Assembly (NCBI GenBank): GCA_965644295.1
Contig: CBFFRP010000152.1
Span: 124,001 to 188,000, forward strand
Source: Paraphysomonas bandaiensis
Taxonomy: Eukaryota > Protista > Chrysophyceae
Reading direction: 5' to 3'
DNA: 64,000 nucleotides
The notes under the pieces were generated by a model. The model saw only the letters and a program-made list of their open reading frames with translations, was not told the origin of the DNA and made no database searches. This document shows, piece after piece, positions 27,321 to 40,969 of the stretch (the first letter of the stretch is position 1; every line of letters begins with the position of its first letter). The position numbers and the translations under genes were made by a program.

Positions 27321-30300
27321 ATGTCAAAGGAAGATCCTTATGGTTCCTTTTTAGGAGCTACGGATACAAAGTAAGTATTGTTTATATGAATGAATTAAGA
27401 ATATTCAATATATCATACATATCTCATATGGTTATATATATAGTGGAAGAAGCTTAGATCAACCCCTTCATTTTTCACTGACTAAAAGTCAAGCTAATAT
27501 AGTTAAATGTAAGTATAATAATAATATCTTTAGTAAGATTATTAATGTATGTATTTAGCATCAATGAATTCAAGAAAATCTTCATCGACACAATCAAATC
27601 GTCGGAGAGATATTACTATGGATCATGAGGATACAGATAACACATCAGATATATCTAAGAGTAAAGCGTCTACGACTAAAGGGAGTACATTGTCTATGGA
27701 TTTAGTTCGTTCCAAACAGCTTGACGGTTCATCAAAGATGAAGTATCCTTCAGAAATGCAAGGCCTTCATAAGACTTATTTTGCTCATCAAAATATTGAT
27801 CGCAGTGCATACTACACTCCCTGCGATCGCATAGGACGTTACTACACCCCGTCAGCTGCAGGTCTAACGATGAAGCGAGCAACTAAAATCGCTAAAGCTA
27901 TGGCTATGGCACCTGCTACATCCACCGCCAATGTGCAGGATTATGCCCTTGCTGCAACTGCGCCCGATGCATTTGAAGCTTCTACAAGAATAAGGCAACG
28001 CGTTTCGAGTAACGATGATGGCGGTGTTAAGAAACTGAACCCTGTGAAGTCTCATAAAGACCTTCCGATGAACGCCTCTAGAACGGCGTTGCGTGACAGT
28101 CACCGGTACGAGAGGAGTCAGGCCAGATACACTGTACTACCACCCAGTCCGAAGCGTATAGAGCCTAGATTTGGCCAGCGGCGTGACTTTGATGACTGGG
28201 ATCCAGAACCAATGCAACGGAATGTGGAAGTGCCTCTTGAGTCTCAGACAGAGGTGTACAGGCAAAATAAGAAAACTGAATCCTGTGACAATTTCAATGA
28301 TGGGATTCAATTGATTCTCGATTCTGGTGTGCCTACAGCTTTAGGATCTGGGCACAGACTTCCTGTTATGTCTCTTCCTGACCACACTCTCGATATGATA
28401 CTGAAAAAGATCCCCCCGTCGGCGGATTACTTCGACGTGGATTCTCATCCTAGTTTACGAGATGTCCGTGATGAAGAAATTAGAAATGTCGAGCTCTCCT
28501 ACCGCCAGGCAGCTGCTCGTGCCACGCTTGAATACGATGTGCGGGATCCTGTTGAGGCTGCTGAGATCGGCATTGATGTAAATAGCCTACATGATGATGT
28601 GGGGATGGTTTGGTGGACGTCAAAGGAGTATCAACTTAAAGAGTGGCGGGTGTTGAGGCACACAGGGGTTGACGGTTCATGGGTGATGCGGTCGTACAGA
28701 AGGCTGGAGAACACTTTATGCAACGTTCTTCCTATTATGATTCAGCTGCAGCATCTGTGGGATCATTCCTCTCTTCCACAGTCATGGTGGGATTCAGTGA
28801 ACAGCAACATGGACAGGTGTACCTATTCACGTCTACTCTTCACAGATGTATATCAACCCAGGTTCCGCCACCGACTTCCTGTCACCATTGATGATTTCTC
28901 AAATCATATCGAGCGACATTGTGAAGAGATTCGTGAGGCCCTAGTTGAGTATTGGATTGCATCAGCAGGTGCTATGCTTCGTTTGTACGAAACACAGCAT
29001 TTCTCTGATGAGGGTGCGCATAATATATCCCACAGTGATGATCACGACGATTACGATTCTTTTGATGAAGAGGATGAGGGTGAGCAAGTTGAGGTAGACG
29101 ATCCCACAGATGGTAGCGGAGAGTTTCAAAAGTTTATCGCGAACAACCCTCTTTCTAAGCAGAGAGCTGTTGCCAATCGTGTAGAATTTGAGATGGACAC
29201 TAATTCCGGTGACTTTTCTTCTGACTATCATAAACGGGAGTTGAAGAAATCTGCTACAAGCTTCGGTAACGACCCACGCACCGGAAGAAATAAAGCAACT
29301 CGAATGATGGATTGTGCTGCTGTTCTAATGTCACGGCAGCTAAGAGAAATGTGTGAGAATTCATTGAGATCATTGAGTAAGCTATTTGAGCAACTCTCTG
29401 AGCCAAATCGCCAGGCCATGTACTCTATATTCATTGTCGACTTAAAACTGCGCAAGAAATATCGCAAAGACATCACTACTGACTTCTCCGAGCCCGTTGA
29501 GGTGTGTCTAGTTCCAGACGAGAATACGGTGCGACAATCATTATCGGCCAGTGTTCGTCAAATAGTTGCTTCCTCTAGAGACTTTCCCATGGTGGACCAA
29601 GGTTCGTCTGCCAATAGAGGAGGACAAGGTACACGATCTGGGAAGAAACTCAATGACAGTAGTGTTGCGTACACAGATATTATTGTTCAGGACACTGTCG
29701 ATCGTCTCCATAATGCAATTACATATTTTTTTCAAGGTCCTACAGAGCTTCTAAAGGAGTTTGAAGTGCTTGAGAATCTCCTTTCTGGAGAAGAGGCTGC
29801 CAAAGTAGACAAGGCAATTGAGGAATGTGTCGGTGGAGATGATGTTGTCGACAAGTTAGAGGTTTTGGGACTGATGTGCAATGACCTTGAAGCAACAATT
29901 GATTCTATAAAAACAATTGTTCAAGATGTATGCTATTTTCCAATGTTTGAAGTGAGATGTAATGAGCTGAAAGAGATTCTTATGCGATATGCGCGTTCTT
30001 TACACTCTCGCGTGATGGAAGCCATTGTGGAAGAAAATCGCAAGCATATGCTAAGCATATCTGGCAGCTACCAGGAGATTGCCAATAAGCTTATTGCTGA
30101 AGTCGCTGATAGTGCGGAGTTGAAGTCACTGCAGGATTTTACAGCGAAAACAGCCACTACCTTATCAGATCTATACGATCAGTACGTATCGGTTTGCTAT
30201 GAACGCAACAGATTTTTGTTGGATCATCAGTTTAAAATGTCACGGGATGATATACAAGTAGTGTATACGACCTACAATTGGCCTATGAATATTCAGTCCT

Positions 30301-33300
30301 ACTTGAGAAGGTCTTATGAGAGCCAAGCTCTTAGAAAGCGTGAGCTTGAAGAGCTGCTGGAAGAGGATCAAAGAAAACTCGAGAATGATATCAATGACAT
30401 AGCTAAGCGAGTTGAGCTTGTTGCTGAGAATGCAAGTCCAATGGAGTTCAGGAAAAATGTAGAGCGAATCGGAGCTATCAAAAGAGATTTGGAGGCGAAA
30501 CGTGAGCGTGCCGAGGAGATATCAGAGCGAGAACATCTTCTTGAAATGCCATTTAGCGACCACCTCACACGAGTTGACGCCACACGTGATGCTGTTGAGC
30601 CTCTTGATAGGCTGTGGAACACCGTCAAAACTTTCATTGAGAAGACACACATGTGGCACGAAGCCCCTCTGGGTGAGGTTGATGCAGAAGAAGCACAGCG
30701 TGTTGCAGAAGATCTTTACAGAAGCTTAAATAAAGTTTCGAAAGATTTTGATCGCATTGGAGAGAAAAGATCCGCAGCCAGACGAATTGCAGAGAGCATG
30801 CAGAGTGAAGTGAAAGACTTCTTAAATGACAATATTCCTTTGATGCTTCTCGTATGTAACCCCGGTATGAAGGACAGACACTGGGATGAAATTGAGAAAA
30901 TCACTGGTATTAGCATCCCAAGAGGTGACGTTGTATTGAACACGACTATGTTGTTGGAACTCGGTCTACAGCACCATGCAAAGGATATCGAAGACATATG
31001 TATTGCTGCGAACAAGGAATATGGGTTGCAAGTTGCCATGAATAAGATGGAAGCAGAATGGAACTCTATGATCTTCGATACCAAAGAATATCGCAACACA
31101 GGCACTCGTATTCTCTGCAGTATTGACGAAATTCAGCAGTTGTTAGATGATCAAATTGTCAAGACACAGGCAATGCGAGGGTCTCGGTTCATAAAGCCAT
31201 TTATTGAACAAATTACCGTCTGGGAACAAACTCTTACTTCCATGCAAGACATTTTGGATAATTGGCTGAAAGTTCAAGCCACGTGGTTGTACTTAGAACC
31301 AATTTTTAGTTCTGACGATATAATGCGTCAGATGCCTGCTGAAGGTAAAATGTTTCGTGCTGTTGACAATACTTGGCGCGAGTCTATGGCGCAGACGTAT
31401 GAGGAACCTGGATGTGTTAAAGTTGCCCGTCGACCAGGATTTTTGGAGTCGCTTATTGAAGCAAATAAAAAGTTGGAATTTATTCAGAAAGGCTTGAATG
31501 ATTACCTTGAGACCAAAAGATTAGCGTTTCCGCGATTTTTCTTTCTTTCCAATGATGAACTTTTGGAAATATTGGCAGAAACTAAAGATCCACTTCGCGT
31601 TCAGCCTCATTTGAAGAAGTGTTTCGATGGAATTGCAAAGCTACAGTTTCAAAACAATCTAGATATTACTGCATGCTTTGATCCGTCCGGTGAAAAAGTC
31701 GATTTCCCCTATGATAAGGTAAATCATAAGAAAATCAATCCAAATGATTCGGGGGGAAATGTTGAAAAGTGGCTTATTGAGGTGGAGTGCATGATGAAGA
31801 AGAGCATGGCCTATGCCATTGATTTTGCGATGAAGGATTTTCTTGAGTCTGATCGAATTGAGTGGCTACAGCGGTGGCAAGGCCAGGTTATTATTTGTAT
31901 TAATCAGGCCATATGGTGCTCTCAATGTGAAGCTGTGTTAAACGACGGAATAGCGGGTATTGGACTCGGTGGATTTTACGAGGTTCTTTGTGATGAATTG
32001 GTTCGGACGGTTGAGTTGGTACGTGGAAATATTCCGAAAGCATTGAGAACAGCAATAGGAGCACTTGTTGTTATGGATGTCCACAACAGAGATACTATTG
32101 CCGCTATGAGAGATTTGAAAGTACAGAAAAAGACAGACTTTGACTGGCTGGCCCAGTTGCGATATTACTGGGACGCAGAGGGCGACTCCGCTCAGACAGG
32201 ATTACCCGGAACAGTCGAGTGCATGATGATTAATGCAAAAGCTTTGTACGCATATGAGTATATAGGCAATCAAGGACGTCTCGTCATTACTCCACTCACT
32301 GATCGATGCTATCGTACGCTTATGGGTGCTATTCACCTTAACCTTGGAGGTGCTCCGGAAGGCCCCGCTGGTACCGGCAAAACTGAATCTGTTAAAGATT
32401 TAGCGAAGGCAATTGCCATTCAGTGTGTCGTTACAAACTGCTCGGATGGTCTAGATTACTTAGCGATGGCCAAATTTTTCAAGGGATTGGCTTCCTCGGG
32501 CGCATGGGCGTGCTTTGACGAATTCAATAGAATCCAGTTGGAAGTGCTATCAGTTGTTGCACAGCAGATCATGCAAATTCAGCAGGCAAAGATGAAAGGC
32601 TTGGCAAGGTTCGTGTTCGAGGGAACAGAATTGGAACTGAGACAGACGTGCTGCCCTTTCATTACTATGAACCCTGGGTATGCTGGGCGTGCAGAACTCC
32701 CAGATAACCTTAAGGTTCTTTTCCGAACAGTGGCAATGATGGTTCCCGACTATGCTATGATTGCCGAAATTATGCTTTACAGTTTCGGTTACACAACTGC
32801 AAAGTCATTGTCTGTGAAGATTGTTACAACTTACAAGTTGTGTTCAGAGCAGCTGTCCTCACAGTCTCATTATGATTACGGAATGAGAGCCGTTATGGCC
32901 GTGCTTCGTGCCGCGGGAAATTTAAAGAGATCCGATGGTCACCTTCCAGAAGATGTCCTTGTGTTACGTTCAATCATCGATGTCAATTTGCCAAAATTTC
33001 TTTCCCCTGATGTACCTCTGTTTAATGGTATTGCATCTGACTTGTTTCCTGGAGTTAAGATCGACCCACCTGATCGTGATGCGATGAGATCTGCATTTGA
33101 GGAGGCCTGTCAGAACTTGCATTTGATGCCAGAAGATTACTTCTGGGACAAAGTAGTCCAGATTTATGACATGATGGTTGTACGACACGGCTTCATGATA
33201 GTTGGTAACCCTTTTTCGGGGAAGACGTCGTCTTGGAAAGTGCTTGCGGAGATTCTTGGGCAACTTCACACATTATATCCGGATGATAAGCGGTGGAGTA

Positions 33301-36300
33301 AAGTAATACCCATCATGCAAAATCCGAAGTCGATTTCGATGGGGCAGCTGTATGGTCAGTTCGACCCGGTGTCACACGAGTGGACGGACGGTGTCCTTGC
33401 CATTAATTTCAGGAACGCTGCATCCAATAAAATTGGGAACCCTGAGGATCGAAAGTGGATACTTTTTGATGGCCCTGTCGATGCCATCTGGATTGAGAAC
33501 ATGAATACTGTGTTAGACGATAACAAGAAATTATGTCTGATGTCTGGCGAAATCATTGCCATGACAGATCAAATGAGTATGATGTTTGAACCCATGGATC
33601 TCTTGGTAGCATCACCTGCAACTGTATCGCGTTGTGGAATGATTTACATGGAACCAGAACAACTTGGTTGGAAGCCAATACTAGCGGCGTGGTTCGAAAT
33701 GAACAAACAGGGTGGTAAATTCGTAACCCTTGAAGGGGAAGCGAAAGTTCCATCTGGTCTCCAGCTGACGGAGGCTGATTGTGTTCACATTCAAGGCTTA
33801 TTCGACTGGCTGGTGGAACCGTGCTTGTGCTTTGTCAGAAAAGAAGCTGTTGAGATGTCTCCTACAGTGGATTCGAACCTCATTACATCTCTGCTGAATA
33901 TCTATGAGGCATTACTGAAACGAGCCCTCGTGAAATTTGCTAAGAAGCCTGGTGAAGAGGATGAAGCAGTTGATCCCAGCATTGAAGCCAAACAGCTGAA
34001 GCAGCGAATGCAGGATGTGGAATGCTGTTTCTTCTTCTCATTGGTGTGGTCAATTGGTAGAACTGGTACAGAGCGGTCACAAGGCCAGTTTAGTACATTC
34101 CTAGAAAACATTGTTGCATCAATCAACTGCATTGAAACTGATTTTGGTGCTGTGTGGAATGCTCTGCAAGTTCGGAAATGGGAAAAACCCAATTTTTTGA
34201 CTGGTAGTGTGAAGGGTACACTTATTTTCCCCATGCCCATCAAAAACGACTACTCGGAGTGTGTATATATCCCAGAGGAGAGTAAATGGAAGAATTGGAT
34301 TGATATGCTTCCGAACTTCAAAATTCCTGCTGGCACGTTATACAGTTCCATCGTAGTTCCGAATTCATACACTGCGCAGCTCTCTAATATGCTCGAGCTT
34401 TTGATTCGTGCTAAGAAACACGTGCTCGTTTGTGGCCCTACAGGGACTGGTAAATCGGTATATATCAATGATACAATCACGAAGACATTACCCCAAGACG
34501 AGTTTAAACCATTACAACTCGGATTTTCGGCCAAGACATCTGCGAATATGACTCAAGATATTATTGACGGAAAACTTGATAAAAGAAGGAAAGGTGTTTA
34601 TGGTCCGCCTCTCGGCCAGCAGTCAATCATATTTGTCGATGACCTTAATATGCCAGAAGTCGAAACATATGGCGCACAGCCGCCAATTGAACTTATCCGT
34701 CAGTTGATTGATAACGGTGGGTGGTATGACTTGAAAGAAAAGTCGTGGAAGAAAATTATCGAAGTGTCTCTTGTTTCTGCAATGGGTCCGCCAGGTGGAG
34801 GACGAAACTTCGTGACACCACGACTTCTTCGTCACTTCAATCTTCTGTGTTTTGCGGAATTTGATGATTCCACTCTCAGACGAATATTTTCGACGATAGT
34901 TCAATGGCACTTCACTGGTGCGTCCTTTGCTTCAGATGTACGTGGAATGGCGGATGCCATTGTTGAAGCTACGCTAGAAACTTACCGTGCTTCCATGAGT
35001 ATATTGCTTCCAACACCAGCGAAATCTCATTACACATTTAACTTGAGAGATTTTAGTCGTGTCATACAAGGTGTTTTGCTGTGTAAACCTTCCGATACTT
35101 TTGATAAAGGCGCTTTGACGCGATTGTGGTGCCACGAAGCTATTCGAGTGTTTGCTGACCGCCTCATTAGTGATGAGGATCGGCAATGGTTCCACAACCA
35201 CCTTGAAACAATGTGTAATACTAAGTTTTCGATGAAGTTTTATGACGTTTTCAAACACCTAGATACTGAAAAGGACAATACTGTCACGGTTAAAAATATG
35301 AGAAATCTATTCATTGGAGATTATATGAGTAATGAAGATGGGCAATTCCGCCCTTACGTGGAAGTACAAGATATGGAAGAACTACAAAAGAAAATGGAAA
35401 GTTATTTAGAAGATTTCAACGCCACCAGCAGAAAGCCCATGGACCTTGTCATGTTTGGGTTTGCAATTGAGCACGTTTCTAGAATTAGTCGGATTTTGAA
35501 AATGCCCGGAGGTAATGCATTGTTAGCTGGCGTTGGTGGGTCCGGAAGACAATCTGTGACGAGGCTTGCTGCCCATATGTGCGAATATACGGTCTTCCAA
35601 ATCGAAATATCGAAGAATTACACTAACTCTGAATGGCGCGAGGATTTGAAGTCTATTTTGAAAGGGGCAGGATGTGGACAGAATCCTATGACTTTCCTTT
35701 TCTCTGATACCCAGATCAAAAACGAAACATTTGTCGAGGATATTAACAACATGTTGAACAGTGGAGAGGTACCGAATATTTTTCCCTCAGATGAGAAAGT
35801 TGGTATTTGTGAAGCTGTTCGCCCTTTTGCAAAAGCTGTTCACGGTAAAGCAGCCGGTGATATGTCCCCACAAGAGTTGTATGCATTTTTTATCCAACGA
35901 GTTCGACAAAATCTGCATATTGTTTTGGCATTCTCTCCAATCGGTGACGCCTTCCGAGATAGATTACGAAAGTTTCCTGCCCTTATTAACTGTTGTACGA
36001 TTGATTGGTTTACTGCTTGGCCCCAAGATGCACTGCTAGCAGTGGCGCAGCGTTTTCTTGCCCCTGTGAAATTTGCAACAGAGGAAACCCGTGCCGCCAT
36101 AGTTGAACTCTGTCAGCAGTTCCATGTCGATGTAGTGAAACTCAGTGAAGAGTTCTTTCACAATTTGAAACGGATCAATTACGTGACCCCAACTTCTTAC
36201 CTGGAACTTATTTTGGCCTTTAAACAGAATCTAGATAAGAAACGTGTTGAAGTATCATCTGCGAAGAAGAGGTACGAAGTTGGTTTGGAAAAGTTAGCCT

Positions 36301-39300
36301 TCGCCGCTGAGCAAGTAAATCACATGCAACGAGAATTAGAGGACCTTCAGCCTGAGCTTGTTGAGTCCGCTCAAGCAACTGAAGTCCTGATGGGTCAGAT
36401 CGAGGAGAAAATGCCTGGCGTTCTCGAGACACGGAAAGTTGTGTCTGCAGAAGCGGCAGTTGCCCAAGGGGAAGCAGACATTGTTCAGAAGCAAAAGGAC
36501 GAAGTGGAAGCAGACCTTGCCGTTGCCATTCCTGCCCTGGAAGAGGCGATCGCTGCATTAAATACAATCAAGCCTGCTGATATTAACGAAATAAAAGCAC
36601 TGTCCAAACCACCGGAGAAGATTCGTATGGTGTGTAAAGCGGTGTGTATTATGCTTGATATCAAGTCCCAGCGTATTCCTGACCCTGATGACCCGTCGAA
36701 GAGAATCATGGACTATTGGGGACCGTCACAGAGAATGTTGGCTGATCCTAATTTCATAAATAACCTAGTCAATTATGACAAGGATAATATGAATCCAAAA
36801 ATTGTCAGCGAAATAAAAAAGAACTTCATTGAAAATGAAGAGTTTGAGCCTGCAAAAATTGCAAAAGCGTCCAAGGCAGCTGAAGGTATGTGTCGCTGGT
36901 GTTTTGCCATGATCACCTACGATAGAGTTGCAAAGATTGTTGCTCCGAAGAAGGCTGCTCTGGCCGAGGCGGAGGAAAAGTTGAACAAGACAATGGCAGC
37001 TTTGAATGCCAAAAAAGCTGCACTGCAATCTATTGAGGATGATCTTGCCTCTCTTCAAACGCAGTTAGAAAATGCAAAGCAGAAAAAGATAGATCTCGAA
37101 ACTCAAGCCGACCAGTGTGACAAGAAAATTGGACGCGCAAATCAACTGCTTGATGGACTGGGTGGGGAACGAGATAGGTGGTCAATGTTCGTTGAAAATC
37201 TCGGTGAAAAGTTCAAGAAACTGACCGGTGATGTGTTGGTTTCGTCTGCCTTGTTAGCGTATCTAGGCCCTTTCACTGCTGTCTACCGACAGAAACAGAT
37301 GAGCATGTGGGTTGACAAGATGAAAGAGCATAAAATTTCATGCTCAGACAATCCTACTCTGACGTCTACTCTCGGCGATGCTGTCTTGATTCGGCAGTGG
37401 AATATTGATGGCCTACCTACAGACAGTTTCTCTGTTGATAATGGAATTATCGTATTTAATGCAAGGCGATGGCCCCTAATGATCGACCCTCAAAGTCAGG
37501 CCAATAAATGGATTCGGAACATGGAAAAGAGCAATAACTTACAAGTAATTAAGCTTACAGATGCCAACTACCTGAGAGCACTTGAAAACTCTATCCAATT
37601 CGGTTCTCCTGTTCTGTTGGAGAATGTTGGCGAAGAACTGGATCCTTCACTGGAGCCACTTCTGCAGAAACAGTTATTCAAGCAAGGAGGTGTGCTCTGC
37701 ATTCGCCTTGGCGATGCTACTGTTGAGTACAGTGAACATTTCAGATTTTATATCACGACGAAGTTACGAAATCCTCATTACCTTCCAGAAGTGTCTGTAA
37801 AGGTTACCCTCCTAAACTTCATGATTACACCAGAGGGTTTGGAGGATCAATTGCTGGGTATTGTTGTGTCTCAAGAACGTCCTGATTTAGAAGCTCAGCG
37901 CAACAATTTGATCATTGAATCTGCGGAGAATAAGCGCCTTCTGAAAGAGATTGAGGATCGCATATTGCATATTATGAGCTCCTCGTCGGGAAATATTTTG
38001 GAAGATGAGACTGCTATTCAGACCCTCAAGGACTCTAAAACTTTATCCGATGAAATATCTGTAAAGCAGGCAATAGGAGAAGAAACGGAGCAAACTATTA
38101 ATCAAGTGCGTCAGAGTTACTCGTCGGTTGCGTATTATTCGCAAATTCTCTTCTTTTGTATTGCGGATTTGGCGAATATTGAGCCTGTATATCAGTATAG
38201 TTTAACGTGGTTTATAAATTTGTTTATCTCGTCGATCAAACTTTCTGAGAAAGGTCGCGACGTTAAGAAGCGTTTAGAAAATCTGTCTGCCCATTTTACG
38301 TATTCTCTTTATCGCAATGTTTGTAGAAGTCTCCTAGAGAAAGACAAAATGTTGTTTTCATTTTTATTAACCACTCGAATTCAAGCGGGCGAAAATCGCT
38401 TGGATCCTGCAGAATGGTATTTCGTGTTAACTGGAGGTATGGGTCTAGATAACCCGCACAAGAAGCCGGAGAGTGCCTCTTGGTTGAACGTAAAGTGCTG
38501 GGATGAAATATGCCGTTTAAGTGATATTCCTAAATGGAGCTCATTTAAAACAGATTTTGTGGAGCATATTGATCAATGGAAGGAAGTTTATGATTCCTTG
38601 ACTCCACAGGATGACCCTTTCCCTGGAATTTTCGAAAATGTTTGGGGACTCTCTAGGTTGTGTGCAATACGTACAATTCGACCGGATAAAGTTGTGTTGG
38701 CTGTCCAGAAGTTTGTCATAGAGGACATGGGAGAGAAGTTTGTTAAGCCTCCACCCTTTGACCTTCAAGCTTGTTACAACGACTCATCTGCCGTTGTACC
38801 ACTGGTTTTTATTTTGTCTCCAGGATCTGATCCAATGGGTGCTGTTCTTCGCGCTGCTGAGGTGCTGAAGACCACTGTTGACCCCATATCACTTGGTCAA
38901 GGACAAGGTCCAAAAGCTGAGAAGCTAATTGAAAGGGCCAAGCAGAAGGGAAGTTGGGTTGTCTTACAGAATTGTCATTTGGCACCGTCATGGATGACCA
39001 CGTTAGAAAAGATATGCGAGGATTTGGATCCAGATTTGGTTCATGCGGGGTTCCGCTTGTGGTGTACCACTTACCCCAGTGACGTTTTCCCCGTGTCTGT
39101 GCTACAAAATGGTGTAAAGATGACAAACGAACCTCCGAAGGGTTTGCGTGCCAATCTAATTGGATCTTATAATGCAGATCCAATTGCTAATGATGATTTC
39201 TTTGACTCATGCGTGAAAGGTTTTGAGTTTCGTAGGCTTATATTTGGGTTGTGTTTCTTCCACGCAATTGTTCAAGAACGGAGATTATATGGTCCTTTGG

Positions 39301-40592
39301 GCTGGAATATTCCGTACGAATTTAATGAATCAGACATGCGAATCTCGGCTCAACAATTACTTTTGTTCCTTAATGACAATGACTTCGTGCCATATAAAGC
39401 TCTGATGTACACTGCTGGTGAGTGTAATTACGGTGGTCGCGTCACGGACGATAAGGATAGAAGGACTCTGACATGCATTTTGGAGCGGTTTTATTGTCCT
39501 GAGTTTCTCGAAGAAAATCACAAAATATCTCCTTCTGGCGAATTTGTGTGTCCACCAGATGGCTCCAGGGATGCCTATGTTCATTTTGTGGAGAATCTAC
39601 CATTGGTTGCTTCACCAGAGGTGTTCGGAATGCACGATAATGCTACTCTCACACGTGACCAAAATGATACTAATGCCCTTTTGTCGTCCATGTTAGACAC
39701 GGAGAGTGGGGGAGGAGGAAGTGGAGGAGGTGGTGGCGACGGACCGAGTAGAGAGGAAATAATCTCCACAGCTGCATCTGAAATATTAGCAAAAATCCCT
39801 CCAAATTTCGATATGGAAGCAGCACAACTGAAGTATCCAGTTCTTTGGGAGGAGAGTATGAATACTGTTCTCTGTCAAGAATTAATTCGCTTCAACAATC
39901 TGCTCTCGTTAATTAGAACTAGTTTGGGTAACATTTTGAAGGCAGTGAAGGGTTTAGTGGTGATGTCTTCTGATCTTGAAATACTGTCAAATTCATTATT
40001 CTTCAACAAAATCCCGGTAATGTGGAAAGCGAGATCATATCCAAGTTTGAAGCCGCTCGGAAGTTACGTCACTGATTTGCAAGTCAGGCTTGAATTCTTT
40101 GATGGCTGGCTTAAAAATAAACCTCCTGCGGTATTTTGGCTCTCTGGATTTTTCTTTACGCAAGCATTTTTGACAGGTGCAGCTCAAAACTTTGCACGAC
40201 GATACACGATTCCAATCGATGATGTGGTCTTCGACTTCGAAATGAAGGCGGAGTCTTCCTATGATGAAGGACCAAATAATGGTGTGTATACGTATGGTCT
40301 CTTCCTTGAGGGTTGTCGCTGGGATCCTGACCAATTTATACTGAATGAATCACTTCCAAAGATTTTATTTTCGCCAGCTCCTATCATACACTTTGCGCCT
40401 TATCGAACCAGTGATATTCCAGATTATCCGCACTACAAGTGCCCGGTGTATAAAACTTCAGATAGGAGGGGAGTATTGGCTACCACTGGACACTCCAGTA
40501 ACTTTGTGTGCTTCATTAACATGCCATCAGATCAACCTGAGCGTCATTGGGTAGAGAGAGGTGTGGCAATGCTTACTCAATTGGATGATTAA
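27321..40592 (+). CDS. Axonemal dynein heavy chain, single-headed inner-arm class (DNAH3/7/12-like)
   Basis: A 4347-aa ORF plus two short 5' exons (ATG at 27321). P-loops are GPAGTGKT, GNPFSGKT, GPTGTGKS and GVGGSGRQ. Also present: RLVITPLTDRCY, GLDYLAMAKFFKGLASSGAWACFDEFNRI, the stalk/MTBD coiled coil, and the C-terminus CPVYKTSDRRGVLATTGHSSNFV...HWVERGVAMLTQLDD typical of the single-headed class. Confidence 0.96.
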
Positions 40593-40969
40593 GTGGACTA
40601 TAGTGTTTGGAAATCTTGGTGAAAATAAATATATTGATGTCAATTAGTTAAGGGTAGAAGGTAGGAGTGAGAATTACTACTACATATTAGCACCAACTAT
40701 CTAATAATGTGTAATCTATAACGTTTTATTCTTTATTATTTTCTTATGAGCTACTACAGTGTAGAATCAAATAAATTCTCTGAGTATAAATTTCAACAAT
40801 TCTCTGATTCTCTGATTCATCATCAGTCATCGTGAGTTTCAAAAATACTCTCTCTATCGATTTTCTTTAGGATCATACCACTAATCTTACCACATCGTTG
40901 AAGGTAATTGTTGACGTAACTTGTTGGAAGTCTCCTGAACTATCCACATTACTTACTTGACCTTTACTA

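Noticed and set aside
27694-40554. Many short antisense and alternate-frame ORFs over the dynein gene (likewise over the coiled-coil and channel genes)
   Set aside because: These are shadow ORFs of long coding exons with no recognisable motifs.
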